From: Eukaryota sp. GEM-RC1
Taxonomy: Eukaryota
NCBI GenBank assembly: GCA_040285855.1
Contig: JAUFOQ010000006.1
Coordinates: 806,001 to 870,000, forward strand
Reading direction: 5' to 3'
DNA: 64,000 nt
Shown piece by piece: positions 22,978-35,557 of this stretch. A program made the position numbers and the translations under genes. Numbering within the stretch: position 1 is the stretch's first letter; every line of letters begins with the position of its first letter. The notes under the pieces were generated by a model. The model searched no databases. It worked only from the letters and a program-made list of their open reading frames with translations, and was not told where the DNA came from.

Positions 22978-25594
22978 ATGGATCAAATTCTCCAAAATGC
23001 ACAACGTGCTGACAGTTTGTCACCTCTTTTCAACGTGCTGACAGTAGATCCCGCTATACGGCAACAGGCTGAAGCTGATTTGAATCGCATTAAGACTGAG
23101 AATCCTGTATGTGTTACCCCTACATTGATCGTAGCAACAATATATGTCATGTCTATCTCAAGAACTTACAAATGATCATCGCAATCCTTCAGTTCGCTTT
23201 CTTGCTGGTCTTAATCTCAAAAATGCAATCGATATTAAACGTGGACTTGATAACGCTCAAATGTGGATGAATCTTCCCGAATCCACCCGTACTGAGATCA
23301 AGAGCGCAGTATTCCGTAACTTGGCTTCCAAAGTCCTCGATGCTAGAAAAGCTTCAGCTCAAGTCATCGCCAAGATCGCTCTTATTGAACTTCCTCAAGG
23401 TCTATGGCCTGACCTCATCCAACATCTTGTTTCCACGACTTCTCATCATGAAGAGTACCTTCGTGGTTCTGTCCTCAAAACCCTCGGCTTCATTTGTGAG
23501 GAAATCGCTCCTGAAATCCTAGAACCCCAGTCTTCGGCTATTCTCTCTGGTATCTGCAATGGCCTGAAACCAGAAGAAGTTGATGCAAACAAGGTCATTG
23601 CCTGTGAAGCTCTGTACAACTCCCTGGATTTCATCTCTACAAACATGAATGAAACTGCTCATCGCAAGTTTCTCATGGACCAAATATTCAATGTTATGCG
23701 CACTAACAACTCCACAGTTCAAACAAAGGCTCTGATGTGTATCAACAAGATTGCGGGTTTTTACTATGAGAAACTCGAGGACCACATGTCTCAGATCTTT
23801 GAAGTAACGTCAGCTGCAATCAAATCCACTGTTGATGACGTGGCAAAACAGGGAATAGAGTTCTGGTCCACTCTAGCTGCTGTAGAAGAGGAACTTCATG
23901 AAGAGGCTCAGTTAGCAGCGGAAGAACGCCGTCCTCCTTCAGAACCTTGCTTTGAGTTCACTCGTCGTGTTCTTCCCTACATTGTCCCTCTTATCTTACA
24001 GTCTCTCACTCGTATTGAAGAGTATGACGAGGAAGAGGAGATGACAGTGGGTTTGACTGCTGCTAATTGTTTGGAGCAGCTGTCCTCTTGTGTCGGTGAT
24101 GATATTGTCGATATTGTTTTGCCTTTCCTCTCCGCTAACATCGTTTCTGCTGATTGGAGAGACAAGGACGCGGCAGTAATGGCTTTTGGTTCAATCATGA
24201 ATGGTCCCTCATCAACTAAGCTAGAACCCTTAATTGATCAAGGTATTCCTGCCCTAATCAATTTCATTAACGACCCTTCTGTCTCTGTCAAGGATTCAGC
24301 TATCTGGGCTCTTGGTCAAATCTGTGCTCACCATCCAGACGCTGTTAAAGACAAGTGGATGCCTAACTTAATGACTGGTCTGTACGCTGGTCTTGCTGAC
24401 GAACCACGTGTTGCTAATAATGCTTGTTCGGCACTGTACAATCTCGCTGAGTCCTTCGTTATCCACCAGGACCAACCAACCCACGCCCTGTCCCCGTATG
24501 TTTTTAGAGCTATTCAAGAATTGCTAAGGACATCAGCCAGATCAGATGCGGATATGAACAACCTACGAATCTCTGCTTACGATGCTCTCAATAGCGTTAT
24601 CCTTTACTCTGCTGAAGATACTCTAGCCACTATTTCTGAGTTAGTTCGTCCTTTAATTGACAGAATGAAGCAGACCTTCTCCCAGACAGCCTTGACTGCA
24701 GAAGATAAGGACACTTTGTTTGAGGTCCAAAGTCAATTGTGCGGTCTCTTTCATGCTTTGTGCACACGTCTACGAGGAGCCATACGACCCTTCGCTGATG
24801 ATATCATGTCTTGTTTCCTAGAAGTATTAAAGTTCTCTCACAAGACTGTTTTTGAAGAAGTTCTGATGGCTGTTGGAGCACTTGCTAACGCTATTGGAGA
24901 AGATTTCTTGAGGTACATGGACGCTTTTGGGCCTCATTTAATGACTGGTCTTTCTGCTATTGGTTCAGTCAGTGTGTTGTCATTAGCTATCGGTGCAGCT
25001 GGTGACGTCAGCAGAGCGCTGGATACTAAGTTCGTGCCTTATTTGGATACGTTTTATCGTGCCACAGTCTCTATCCTGACTAACCCAAGTACTGACAAGG
25101 TTCTTCGACCAATGTTACTTTCTACTATTGGAGATTACGCTCTAGTCTCGGGAGGAGCGTTCGAACCTTACATTCAGGAGACTATGCGATTAGTTCAGGC
25201 TGCCCAGCAAATTAAGATTGAAGACGTGAATGATGAAGATCAGAGAGATTTCGTTAATTCTCTGCGTTGTGCTATTTTTGACGTTTACACGGGTCTTTTA
25301 CAGGGATTGAAGCAAGAACGCAAAGCCATTTTACTCCAAAATTACGTTGAGGAAATGTTTAAGTACATTATTGTCACTTGTAATGATCGTTTTAAGACAG
25401 ATGCAGCTTTCGCTTCAGCTCTCAATCTCATTGGAGATGCTGGCAGCGTGCTTGGTGGTACTGTTCATGAATATTTAAAACATCCAGAAATTCAGAAAGT
25501 TCTTTCTTTTGGTCGTAAGTCGTTAGATGATGACGTGAGGGAAGCTAGTAAGTGGGCTAGGAATGTTGCTAAAGCTGTAGAGCAATCTAGATAA
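22978..25594 (+). CDS. KPNB1: Importin subunit beta-1 (karyopherin beta)
   Basis: IBN_N start (IRQQAE...RFLAGLNLKNAI), ELPQGLWPDLI, QGIEFWST and WRDKDAAVMAFGSIMNGP. A 28-nt intron (23107..23134) joins ORFs 22978 and 23144. A probable in-frame intron lies at 23015..23047. Confidence 0.95.
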
Positions 25595-26476
25595 CTAAGT
25601 CATTGATTTAATTGGTCTTGTAGTGTGAAGTTTAGACATGTATTACAGTATTTAGTTGCTACTATTAAATTCACTTATTCCATTATTATTATTATTATTT
25701 TGAGAACAACCCACACAATCTCAATCATTTTGAAGTGCAGTAACAAAAATCAAGCTTAACCGAGCAATAACATATGGGTCTCATAAAGCGTATGAAGCTG
25801 TTTCTACCGACATCTGGTTCATCCGCTGGTTATTCTGATAATGTATTTGTGTAAATTACATGGGTCAGGAAATACAGCGCTGTTTGAACCAGGATCCAGT
25901 TAAAAAAACTTGTATTTAAATTTTAACATAAATATAGTTCAAATATATATTTTGCTCAGTACTCCTAGTTGAGCTACTAGGCACATGTTTTATCTTGGGG
26001 TAAAAACAGGAAACTTGTTTCATCTTTTGAGGTGTTCCATGATGCATTTTACCAATGCAATGATAACACTACTGATGACTCAAACAATCTTCACTTTGTA
26101 TTTTTAGAGACCGTTTAAAGGTGTTGTAAAGAGACCTTTGATTCATTCCTGAAACCTCAAACCAATGTGAATGGCTCTTTCCAGCTGTGAGAAGAGCAGT
26201 AGGAGAGCATCGCATTGGATGAACAGCAGGCTCATTCGAGAAGCAATTCCTTCTTCACTCAGTCTTTCAGTCGTCTTTCTGGAGCTCATGAACAGTCAGA
26301 TCTGTAATCAAAAACAATAGACCTGTTGAAATGGTCACTAATCTGATAGATTGACGATTTTCTCTCGATGTTTTCAAATTTTACCGATTAAATATTTTAA
26401 AATTTATATTCTATTTATTTTTGTTTGAAAATATCGCCTCATTTTTTCTTCCAGAAACAATTTCATCTATTGTTTA

Positions 26477-26915
26477 CTAGGTCCTGGTTGTAACACAAAC
26501 TGGAACATTATTCGAAGTACACATGTAGTATTCAGTTGCCACATGTAGTCTGTAAAAGCGAGAATACCGTTGCCACGTCATCAATGTAAAAGTGACAATA
26601 CCGTCGTAACAAGAATCATAACACTGCTGCATATCAAAAGGCTTACAGCGTCTACGATGGATGCTGAGATCATGTTTTAGGGTAAAGGGTTGATGACAAC
26701 CTTCACATTCGTGGGGTCTTTGACCCGTGTGGATGAGCATGCGGTCTCTCAGGTGGCAAGCTGATGGATTAGTTTATGGTTAAACATACCTTCGAACATT
26801 CACTGCACTGAAACCTAGTTGAATGCTTGGCGTTCACATGGTTACTTAATCCACTTTTGGATCCCAAAACTGCATCACAGTCCTTGTAAGTACAAGCATA
26901 CCCTCTTGTGGACAT
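26477..26915 (-). pseudogene. C2H2 zinc-finger gene, apparently damaged
   Basis: MSTRGYACTYKDC...HVNAKH, CSEC, intron-like 26761..26789, HTGQRPHECEGC...H. The second finger is truncated and frameshifted at the splice junction. Confidence 0.65.
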
Positions 26916-26979
26916 GTGAGAAGAATTAATGCCGGTAGAAAAGTGAATTTCGTCTGTTACACTTCATTTCTATGTGTAA

Positions 26980-27200
26980 TTTAGAACATGTACATCGTCA
27001 ATATTAACAAAAGAAATATAAAAGGTTTTATGTTATAAATTATCGAAATACAAACAACTTCTATATAAGGAAAAAACAATGCGATTGCGCCAAAGAGACT
27101 GATTAAAATTTGAAACGGCATCAAAGAAATTTTCAGCAGCAATTCCAATATTACCAAGAATTGAAGTATAACCATATTCGTCGAGATGTAGTCTAAGTTC
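26980..27200 (-). mobile_element. RLE retrotransposon extreme 3' fragment
   Basis: SILGNIG..AENFF...LWRNRIVFSLYRS. Confidence 0.6.
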
Positions 27201-27668
27201 CACTAGAAATGTTGCCACGTCATCAATGTAGTCTGTAAAAGAATGTAGTCTGTAAAAGCGAGAGAGGGAATACCGTATTCTACTTAAAAGCGTGTTGATG
27301 CACTTTTGGTCACTTTCTTAATCAATCGGTTTCAAGTGACGTTACAGAGGAGAATATGAGTCTAGGTGTGAGTCACGAATTCCTCACGTAGACATGCAGA
27401 GTCTGTCACCAGACGTGTCGTACACATTTTGAAGTATGGTGTTGAATGTGAATGTGCTGTCATCAGAAGATCCTGGACACGTGTTTATTGGCACATCATC
27501 AACTAAAATTGATGTTCTTCTCCCAACCAAATGAGAATCGCTGTTCTGTTCCTCTTCTTCTGTGTCTACTTCGCTGCTGGTAATGCCCCGACGTATATTC
27601 TGAAAGTCAAAAACATGAATTCTTGATCCACGTTACATTTTGATGGCACTTCTCATAGAAGTAATCGT

Positions 27669-27998
27669 ATGAAACACTTGTTCTGTTGTTTAACTGTAGT
27701 CGATCATCAAATACACCCAAAAACCATTTCATCAGGGTCAGTGGCCACTGTAACCTTAAAGAAGCCTCCAGGTGAAAGATTCCCTAACGAAAATTCAGTG
27801 ATGATTACATGGGTTACAAAGACTCTGTATGGATCATCAAAGGAACATGTTTCCCTCGTTTTTCGTACTGATCAACAAGGCTGGTTTAGAGAACTCACTT
27901 GTGTAGTTTACCATCTGAAGACACTCAAACAGTATGATTGTGATTGGTGGCGAGATGGCACAGAGTTCAAAATTCATGTCGATACTTCTAAGTTTTAG
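27669..27998 (+). CDS. Small hypothetical protein
   Basis: 109-aa ATG-initiated ORF with no recognisable domain. Confidence 0.3.
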   Translation: MKHLFCCLTVVDHQIHPKTISSGSVATVTLKKPPGERFPNENSVMITWVTKTLYGSSKEHVSLVFRTDQQGWFRELTCVVYHLKTLKQYDCDWWRDGTEFKIHVDTSKF

Positions 27999-28097
27999 TA
28001 TATAGATTAGACCGTTAACGAAATGTACATATGTCTGTTTTAGTGGTTTTTGTTCAGAATTTATCTTATGTACTTTTTCCAAACTCAATTGTGATCA

Positions 28098-28215
28098 ACT
28101 CGGTAAGGATGCTCTTTGTTTTCTCTCTGATTTCTAAAAAGTTGTTAAGAAAAGAACTATCAAAAAGTTTGATCGTAAGTTATGGTTGAATCGTATTGTC
28201 TTTACAATATTTATT
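28098..28215 (+). mobile_element. RLE retrotransposon 3' fragment, same subfamily as 3620-4555
   Basis: ctcggtaaggatgctctttgttttctc...tggttgaatcgtattg matches the reverse complement of about 3780-3890. Confidence 0.7.
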
Positions 28216-28788
28216 TATTCATATATATTATTTATTCATTTCACATATTAGCTGGAAATTATTTACAATCTGATTTACCATGGAAATAACCAGAAACTAA
28301 TCAGACTTTATTGTAGAGCTAGAACTACAGTTAAAAGAAGATATCATACATATCTATATTATCAAAACTAAATCTCTATTTCCAACAATAGATTAACATC
28401 TACTAATTCAGAAAATGTAGGACGTTACATTTTCATTAAAGAACATTAACATGAGAAGTGTCTCTATACAACTTTGAATAAATGGAACTTAAATACTTAG
28501 GATGCTTCTGTAAAGAACAAAACACTTCGACGAATCCAGAACCATTAGAGACCGTTGGATTAGAGCTTCTCAAAAGATTAAATTCACGAAATAATTTCAA
28601 AACCTGATGGGCCAATACTACCAAAAATTGAAATTGCAAATAGAACACACGAAAATTTAGAATATTTAATTTTCATTAAGCTTCTTCAAAGTACATCATA
28701 ATTAGAACACTAATGCTGTACAGCCTTTTCAAGATGAACAATTATAATCATTCAAAATGGAGTCATTGCAGACTTTACTGGGGTAGAT

Positions 28789-29050
28789 CTACCCGTGTGA
28801 CAAATGAAATTTGGAATTCTTATCCGTGTGACAGAATTTGAATTGGATTTTGGATTTTACCAAGACACCTAGACCTAGACGGAAGTTATCTTGCTGTCGT
28901 CTTCTCAGTTTACCTTCTAGTAAAACCTTCACATCACACATCTGTATCTAAGGTGTAACGGATTCACTGTCTTCTTAAGTCTCTTCAAACTTCTAGCTTT
29001 AAGTTTGTCACACGGATAAGAATTCCAAATTTCATTTGTCACACGGATAG
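28789..29050. mobile_element. MITE with 45-bp TIRs
   Basis: 28789-28833 and 29006-29050 are inverted (cta[c/t]ccgtgtgacaaatgaaatttggaattcttatccgtgtgaca) with 1 mismatch. No TSD identified. Confidence 0.8.
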
Positions 29051-29130
29051 CCGTTCTCACTTTACTCAACCACAATTTGAAATGAATCCCAGAAAGAAAT
29101 AAAAATAATTTTGTAATTAATTGCAATTAA

Positions 29131-29243
29131 TTAATTGTTGGTCTGGAGAATTAAAATTAATTAATTGTTGGCGTGTAGAATTAAAATTAATTAATTGTTG
29201 GCGTGTAGAATTAAAATTAATTAATTGTTGGCCTGTAGAATTA
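29131..29243 (+). repeat. About 4 x 30-nt tandem repeat (ttaattgttggcgtgtagaattaaaattaa)
   Basis: Seen directly. The aattaattg motifs resemble the subterminal repeats of the 34578-35344 element. Confidence 0.9.
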
Positions 29244-29598
29244 GTAATTTAATTTAAATTAATTTTTTCGCATCATTGAAACTATTGTTGTCAAGAATGG
29301 TGATTTTTGAAATCAATATGATTGTACACATTTTTCAACAATTGATTTTAGGTAATAACAGAGTAAAGAGAACACTTGAATTTCAGATAATAAAAAGAAC
29401 TGAATTCTGATACACCACATAGCTAATAAGATAGAGTCAATCTATTTCTGTCAAAATAACAATATTCCGCTCATGGAAGCAATATTTTGATCCACATGCA
29501 TCGTTCTAAAAATTAAATATTCAAGGAAAATTCAACCAACAAGGGTTAACTAACAGTCTGGTCAAGAACTTATTACTAAACAACACCAATTCGCCAAA

Positions 29599-30306
29599 CT
29601 AATCATCAAGGTTTAATTCATCATCATCAGCAAGATCTAATGGTTCAGATACATCTTCCATGGGCTCCTCTTCTTGTGAATCTGAAGACACAATATCCTC
29701 AGCCATTGCTTCCTCTGATGGTGTATCTAACTTAAAAGAAACATTGAGGGGACGCCCGTCCTTCACCAGGTTTCGTTGGAAGTAGCAGTAGGCTTTATCT
29801 GCGTGATCTTGATTAGAGAAAGTAGCCTCCATGATTGTAGAATCATCAAGGGAGAAAAACTTAACCTCAATATCAGAGGGTGAGCATTTTGATATGGCGG
29901 CGAGTTCACATGTAGTGTTATCCTTGAATTCATTGTATCGAGCTTCGTCCTCGCTGGCAAATAAGACTTGTTCTTGAGTAGCAAAATTGGAAACAACAAG
30001 AACAGTAGATCTTGGTTTGGGCAATGGAATAGATGGTTGGACAGGACGTGGTTTGGTCTCGATTGGTTCCACAGAATCAAAGATAAAGTCTTCGATTGTG
30101 GGTTTTGGCTTTGAAGGAGTGACTTTTGTCTCTATCTGTGGAGAAGGTGATACAGTTGCAATTGGTTCTTGTTTGAGAGTTTTGATATGAATGGGCTCAC
30201 ATTGAGACTGCAAATCAGGATCAAGAAACCTTAGCAAGGATTCTACTTTGAGTATTTCGCCATTAAGTTTATCAAAGTCAATTGGAAGATTGGGGTTGAA
30301 TTCCAT
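29599..30306 (-). CDS. Hypothetical protein with an RRM-like domain and acidic tail
   Basis: TVLVVSNF...EATFSNQDHADKAY...DGRPLNVSF resembles an RRM. Intact 235-aa ORF. Confidence 0.7.
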   Translation of the reverse strand: MEFNPNLPIDFDKLNGEILKVESLLRFLDPDLQSQCEPIHIKTLKQEPIATVSPSPQIETKVTPSKPKPTIEDFIFDSVEPIETKPRPVQPSIPLPKPRSTVLVVSNFATQEQVLFASEDEARYNEFKDNTTCELAAISKCSPSDIEVKFFSLDDSTIMEATFSNQDHADKAYCYFQRNLVKDGRPLNVSFKLDTPSEEAMAEDIVSSDSQEEEPMEDVSEPLDLADDDELNLDD

Positions 30307-30371
30307 GAAGATCTGGTAGAGAAGATGTGGGAAGAATTGTTTTCAAATTATTTGTCAATTATTTGCCCACC

Positions 30372-31526
30372 ATGAATTTCTCTTATTCAGAACTTGAGTC
30401 CGTGTACAGCAAAGTCAATGCGATTAAGAGTAAGAAGTCTGTTCTGCGTATCCTCTTAAATGAACTCACAGGAAATTACGTCGCTCTAAAAGAGTACAAG
30501 TCAAAGCCCAATTCAGGGAACATCGGCATTGAGAGGGAGGGCTATATGCTAAATGTTCCGTCTCATCCTAATATCATCAGATATTATGCGAGATTTCAGG
30601 ATAGCCAAACCAACCGTGTAGGTTTTCTCATGGACTTCGTTCCCGGGGGTGATCTCCAGAATTACATTCATGGCAACGTGCAACCTGGCAGCAATCTTCA
30701 TGCTAGAGGGAGACCTTTTTCAGGTGAACATCTTTGGAAAGCCCTTTCTCAATTGATTGACTCCATAGAATTTCTTCACAACACACTACGCATCTGTCAT
30801 CGTGATCTTAAATCGCTTAATGTCTTGTTAGATGAAAACGCTGATCTCATTGTCATGGACTTTGATCATGTTCGGAGAATGGATGGAACTGTCTTTGAAA
30901 CCAAGTCAATTGGCTCCCCGTTATATACTGCTCCTGAGATAGCCACTGATCCGTACTACACTGTCTCTGCTGAATACTTCTCTCTCGGTGTCTTGTTGTA
31001 TGAAATTGTCACGGGTTCATGGCCTTTTCTTCCTACCGCTGCTGGTCACCGCAATCAGCTAGCTGAACTAGAGGAGTGTAAGATTAATCCCCCAGATTAT
31101 TCCATTGTCCCACAGTTCTTCTCCTCTATGCTGAAAGGTCTTCTTGATGCTACTCCACACACACGACAGGAAAGCTATCGTAGCCTTCTGCGAGACAGTA
31201 CCATACAGCAGATCAGAGACAGCTTTCGACCTCAAAGACCAAGATTTGTCAAAATTGCTCCATGGTCAGATTGTGACTACCTCATTGTTTCTGACAAGGC
31301 TCCATCAGAACTTCTGGAAGAGGTTTGTTGTCTAAGTGAGAATGCTCAAGTGTTGAGGGTTAATTGTGATCGTCTTTGTTTGTGTGCTGAAACTGCTAAG
31401 TCCTTCATTCAACACTTAATGGAGTTCATCATTCCTGGAAGTGAAGTGAACACAAATGTTTCTTTCCAAATGGTTGATGAAGACTTGAACGGCTTACTTT
31501 GTGATTGCTGGATTGATGTTATGTAA
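30372..31526 (+). CDS. Ser/Thr protein kinase (NEK/CAMK-like, divergent)
   Basis: VALKE, HPNIIRY, HRDLKSLN, DFD in place of DFG, GSPLYTAPE. First ATG at 30372. Confidence 0.9.
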   Translation: MNFSYSELESVYSKVNAIKSKKSVLRILLNELTGNYVALKEYKSKPNSGNIGIEREGYMLNVPSHPNIIRYYARFQDSQTNRVGFLMDFVPGGDLQNYIHGNVQPGSNLHARGRPFSGEHLWKALSQLIDSIEFLHNTLRICHRDLKSLNVLLDENADLIVMDFDHVRRMDGTVFETKSIGSPLYTAPEIATDPYYTVSAEYFSLGVLLYEIVTGSWPFLPTAAGHRNQLAELEECKINPPDYSIVPQFFSSMLKGLLDATPHTRQESYRSLLRDSTIQQIRDSFRPQRPRFVKIAPWSDCDYLIVSDKAPSELLEEVCCLSENAQVLRVNCDRLCLCAETAKSFIQHLMEFIIPGSEVNTNVSFQMVDEDLNGLLCDCWIDVM

Positions 31527-32561
31527 TTTTTCAGTTTATTCTTCAATTGATTTATTTGGAGGCACAATTTTTGTACGTCTTTTGATAGGCGCAAGTTCAC
31601 AGCTGGTGATGTTGTCGATCTGAAATTAGACATGGATTTCGTTGCTCTTCTGTTTATAAAGTCACTTACTTATATGTTATTGTTCTTTTGTTGATTCACT
31701 TGAATATAGAACGTTTGAAATTCTCTTTTGTCGACATTTGGATACAGTACCACTGTTATGAATCAAAGTTTATGTTCATCTCTATCCAAATCAAGCTGTT
31801 AAGATCAACTAGGGTAAGCAAACACGCCGATGGTGTGATATTGTTACTACTAGTACAACTTTTCCTTAAAAGAAGTCAACACGTCACAACTTCATTTTGT
31901 ACCAACTGTAGCAAAGAACCGTATGTACCTACAAACAAAACATCTTTCTTATGTAAATGATATGACGAAGAGTGTCTTCAAGTTTTGCATATTATGGCTG
32001 ATATGTTCCCAGGAAGCTTTCTTCATATCATCAAGCACAGTTTTTTAAAAAATACATTGTTCTTGAGTCTGGTCTAAGTGATTAGGACATCCCTGACTAG
32101 TGGAAACATGGAGAAATATTTAATGGAGATTACATGGTCATCAGTATTTCCAGTAATGAATTTTGTATATCGAAATGTTGTACACAACAATGTGCAATTT
32201 AGTCTTAAAGTTACAGAGCTACATCAAAAAGGGTCTAACGGAAACACATGGTGTAACAGAATGGGAACCCGTCTAACAAACGTGTGAAATAGGGTCATAC
32301 GCGTACTACATGTAGTCTAATCTCTGCTGATGTCCATGTAAATGGATATTTAAACTAAGAACACAATGTTCTAATAATCTATTGCTGTATTTTCAGTTTA
32401 AATGTGAAGCTTTATCACATTTTGTTTGTTCATTGTTTAGTACAAATTTCTGATAATAGACACACAAAAACCATATCAAAGACACAGTCTCCATCCATGA
32501 TTTTCTGAAAACTGGTTATGAACTAGTGGAAGTTATAGATGTAAGAATGTACAATTAAATC

Positions 32562-32651
32562 CAGTGAACGCTAACACGTAACAAAATTGAGTCTAACACG
32601 TGTTAACACGCGTGTTACGTGTTAGGCCCTGTTACGTGCTTGCGTTCACTG
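32562..32651. mobile_element. 90-bp mini TIR element (hAT-like CAGTG end)
   Basis: cagtgaacgctaacacgtaac and gttacgtgcttgcgttcactg are inverted. Internal acacgtgt motifs. The same end recurs at about 54110. Confidence 0.6.
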
Positions 32652-33146
32652 ATTTAATTTCTTTCTAAATAATACACAAAAATGGTTTAATTTGTAAAAA
32701 TGTCAGATGATGAAGCAGTTGATTTTAGAGCTATTGGCAATACCCACGCAATGGATATGTTGATGAAAAATATCATTCCACCTCAAGAGCTCCAAAATGA
32801 TTGTACACGTCAACAATACCCTTGTGAAATTGTTGGCACAAAAGCAAATGCAAACTTGTCAAGGACGATTCCAACAATAGACTGAGGAAACATATTTCCC
32901 TTTATCGATTTGCATGTTCAAACAATTCAATATTTTATCAATGACGCGATTGCATTGGAACTTTATACGGAAAAGGTTTTGTGTAACGCCATTGTTGAAC
33001 ACATTAATCCAACAAACTTCATCTTTGTTTCATCCGATTTGGAAAGGCCTCTATGGAATCAAAGTTATGTTTGATATTTTGGTGCTTCAACCATCCGATA
33101 CTATTTTGCCAAAAATACAATTGTAGTGCTTTCCATGTTAGTCACA

Positions 33147-33688
33147 TCAACTTTCTCTTTTCATGGGTTCCGGTCTGATGACCATAGGAGTAACAACTTG
33201 TCCTGTCGGCGATCTTTCCAATGATGTCACCATCCGAACAGGACATTTTGCTAAAGTAAGCAGAGAGCGGCTATTATACCTTTCGTATGTCCCATAAGTC
33301 CACAAACAGAACAACTATAAGATCCTCTCTTCGCTTTTAGTGGAGACGACGAATTCGATGAGTTCACAGCATTCTTGTACTGAGAAGCTATGCAATGTAG
33401 AAGTTCTGGAATCGCTATTGGAACCACAATATGTTCTTTGCTTCCAGTTGCATAGAAAATATAGACATGAAGATTTGAAAGAAGGATCTCAGTAACTTCG
33501 GACCGGCTTAATTGGTTATCAAACAGGGAGCTTACCTCAGAAAGTGTAGGAATCTCCCCTGAAAGAAGACGATTTCCCACTGTCAGTAACTCACGCCGGT
33601 CTTGAAGAGCTTCAATAGCTAGCTGGAGAGAACTTACCATAACTCCTTTTGAAGGATACCGGAGATCTAAATGCTGATATCGAGACAT
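33147..33688 (-). CDS. CCHC zinc-knuckle protein (C-terminal part; upstream region broken)
   Basis: Removing a 29-nt intron (33251..33279) completes CSVCGLMGHTKAKC. Stop at 33147-33149. Confidence 0.55.
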
Positions 33689-34577
33689 TCGACCTAGATA
33701 CGATATTAATTTTTAATTTTTCCCTCCTAACTTCTTCTCTTACCAATACTCCAAAATACTGTCTAACTGTCCCCCAATATGTTCTTCTCTTCTTCCGTAT
33801 CCCCGCCTCACATACGGGGGTACTGTTAAAGTTGTAAGATATACCTCATACTTGGAACATTCATCTCGAACGTGACAATCTCAATACTTCATGTGCTACA
33901 TCTTAATGACAATGTGAAGTCACATCCTTACTTGTGAACTTTTCGCTAGTTGCTGATTCCAGAATGTACAGTTCCCTGTATTAGTGTTGTACATCTAAAG
34001 TTAGCTCAAGCACTAGATTCAGGGCAGTCCCAAGTTTCTTAATCGAGATCACTAGAGCTATTCAACTGAATCAAGTCTCAACAACTGTTTTGTAAGATAC
34101 TCAGGGAAAAGAAATTCAGCAGAAGACCTAGGTTTCGCAGAGGGGTGTTGAAGTGTCAAAAACCACATTGAAGCATGAACTATTGAACATTGAGAGATGG
34201 GATTAACAAGTAAACTGCTTAGTTAGACCATTTAAACTAGCTGAAGACAAGTTGCTTGGTTTCCGTAAAACATATACATGTAGCAGTTTTTCACCGATAT
34301 AGTTTTGTCATATAAGTTTGTGGGATTGAGGATGAATGCTTCATGAGCTGCCAGCGGGTTTAAACCAGTACTGTAGATGGCTCCAGTGCCCAAGAACATG
34401 AGAGCGCATCACTATTCTCCATGGTTTTTTTGAGACTCAGAGCTAGTCAGTCATAAAGACATTCTCGGTCACTTCAATGTAGCTTGTACACTCATTTGAG
34501 TGGGTATGGATTTGTCGTGCCCTATAGTCGTAGACTTATGGTTTATTTTCGTAGTTGAAAACTTGTGGTAACACATG

Positions 34578-35344
34578 TAATCAGGAGTTGGAAAAATTGC
34601 ATTGCCAATTAATTGTTCTCAGTTTTTCAGAGACAATGAATTATTGCAATTATCACATGTGCTACAATTAATTGGGCAATTAATTGGTCTGTGATAAAGT
34701 GACCATTTGCACTTAAAAGAAAGTTCAAAAGTTTGTTCTTTATGATAACAAAACTAGTTTTTCAGTGTACAATCAGTGTTCATCAACGTCTTGCAGGATA
34801 TTGTGCGCTTAATACCGGAAAATTACCTATTGAGTTCGTTTTCTACAAAGTTGAACGGTCTGAGGCCTTTAATAACCAACTTCATTCATTTAAAGTATTC
34901 TGAGTATTTGTCTTCAATTACAAATGTGCCAAGAGTGCTCATTTGCCTTTCATCAAGTCATTGTGCTCCTGTTGAAAATTAACATGCTTTGTTCTCAGAT
35001 GGTTGGAAAGATTTGTTCACACGTTACCTTTCAGTATCATTGCTTTGCACTTACAAGTGTAGTGTTGCCCTTTGACGTGAGCACTTTTCCAGAATCGGAC
35101 GGAGAAAAGAAAGTCAAGCACAGAGTACGATTGTCTGTAGGTAAAGGAAGGAAAGTGTTTTATTGTACATCTGCATTCTGTTATCTGTTTGTAATTTCTA
35201 TTCATTTCGTGCATTTGAAACCCCCGTGATAATTGCAATTAATTGCCCAATTAATTGTCGTCCTATTTTGGGGCCAATTACTTATTGCAATTAATTAATT
35301 GGCAATAATTTAATTGGCAATGCAATTTTTCCAACTCCTGATTA
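34578..35344. mobile_element. MITE with 34-bp perfect TIRs
   Basis: taatcaggagttggaaaaattgcattgccaatta at 34578-34611 is inverted at 35311-35344. Subterminal caattaattg repeats. The terminal TA may be a TSD. Confidence 0.85.
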
Positions 35345-35557
35345 GTAATAATGACATTTCATTCGAGAATTCTTCAAAAGACTTTTTTCTACTATACTCA
35401 AAACAAATACCAAAAGATAAATCATTCTTAATAGTGGATAAATTGATTAACAGAACTTCATCCAATGATCAAGGTCATGGAGCTATAAAGATTACATGTG
35501 AAATCAATCAATGTAAAGAAAAAGTAGGTGAAGTCTATTTATTGTTGGTCCTAACTA

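Noticed and set aside
28436..28660. Possible further retroelement tail (also 48288-48470)
   Set aside because: Only a weak resemblance to RLE C-termini, with no diagnostic motif to support a call.
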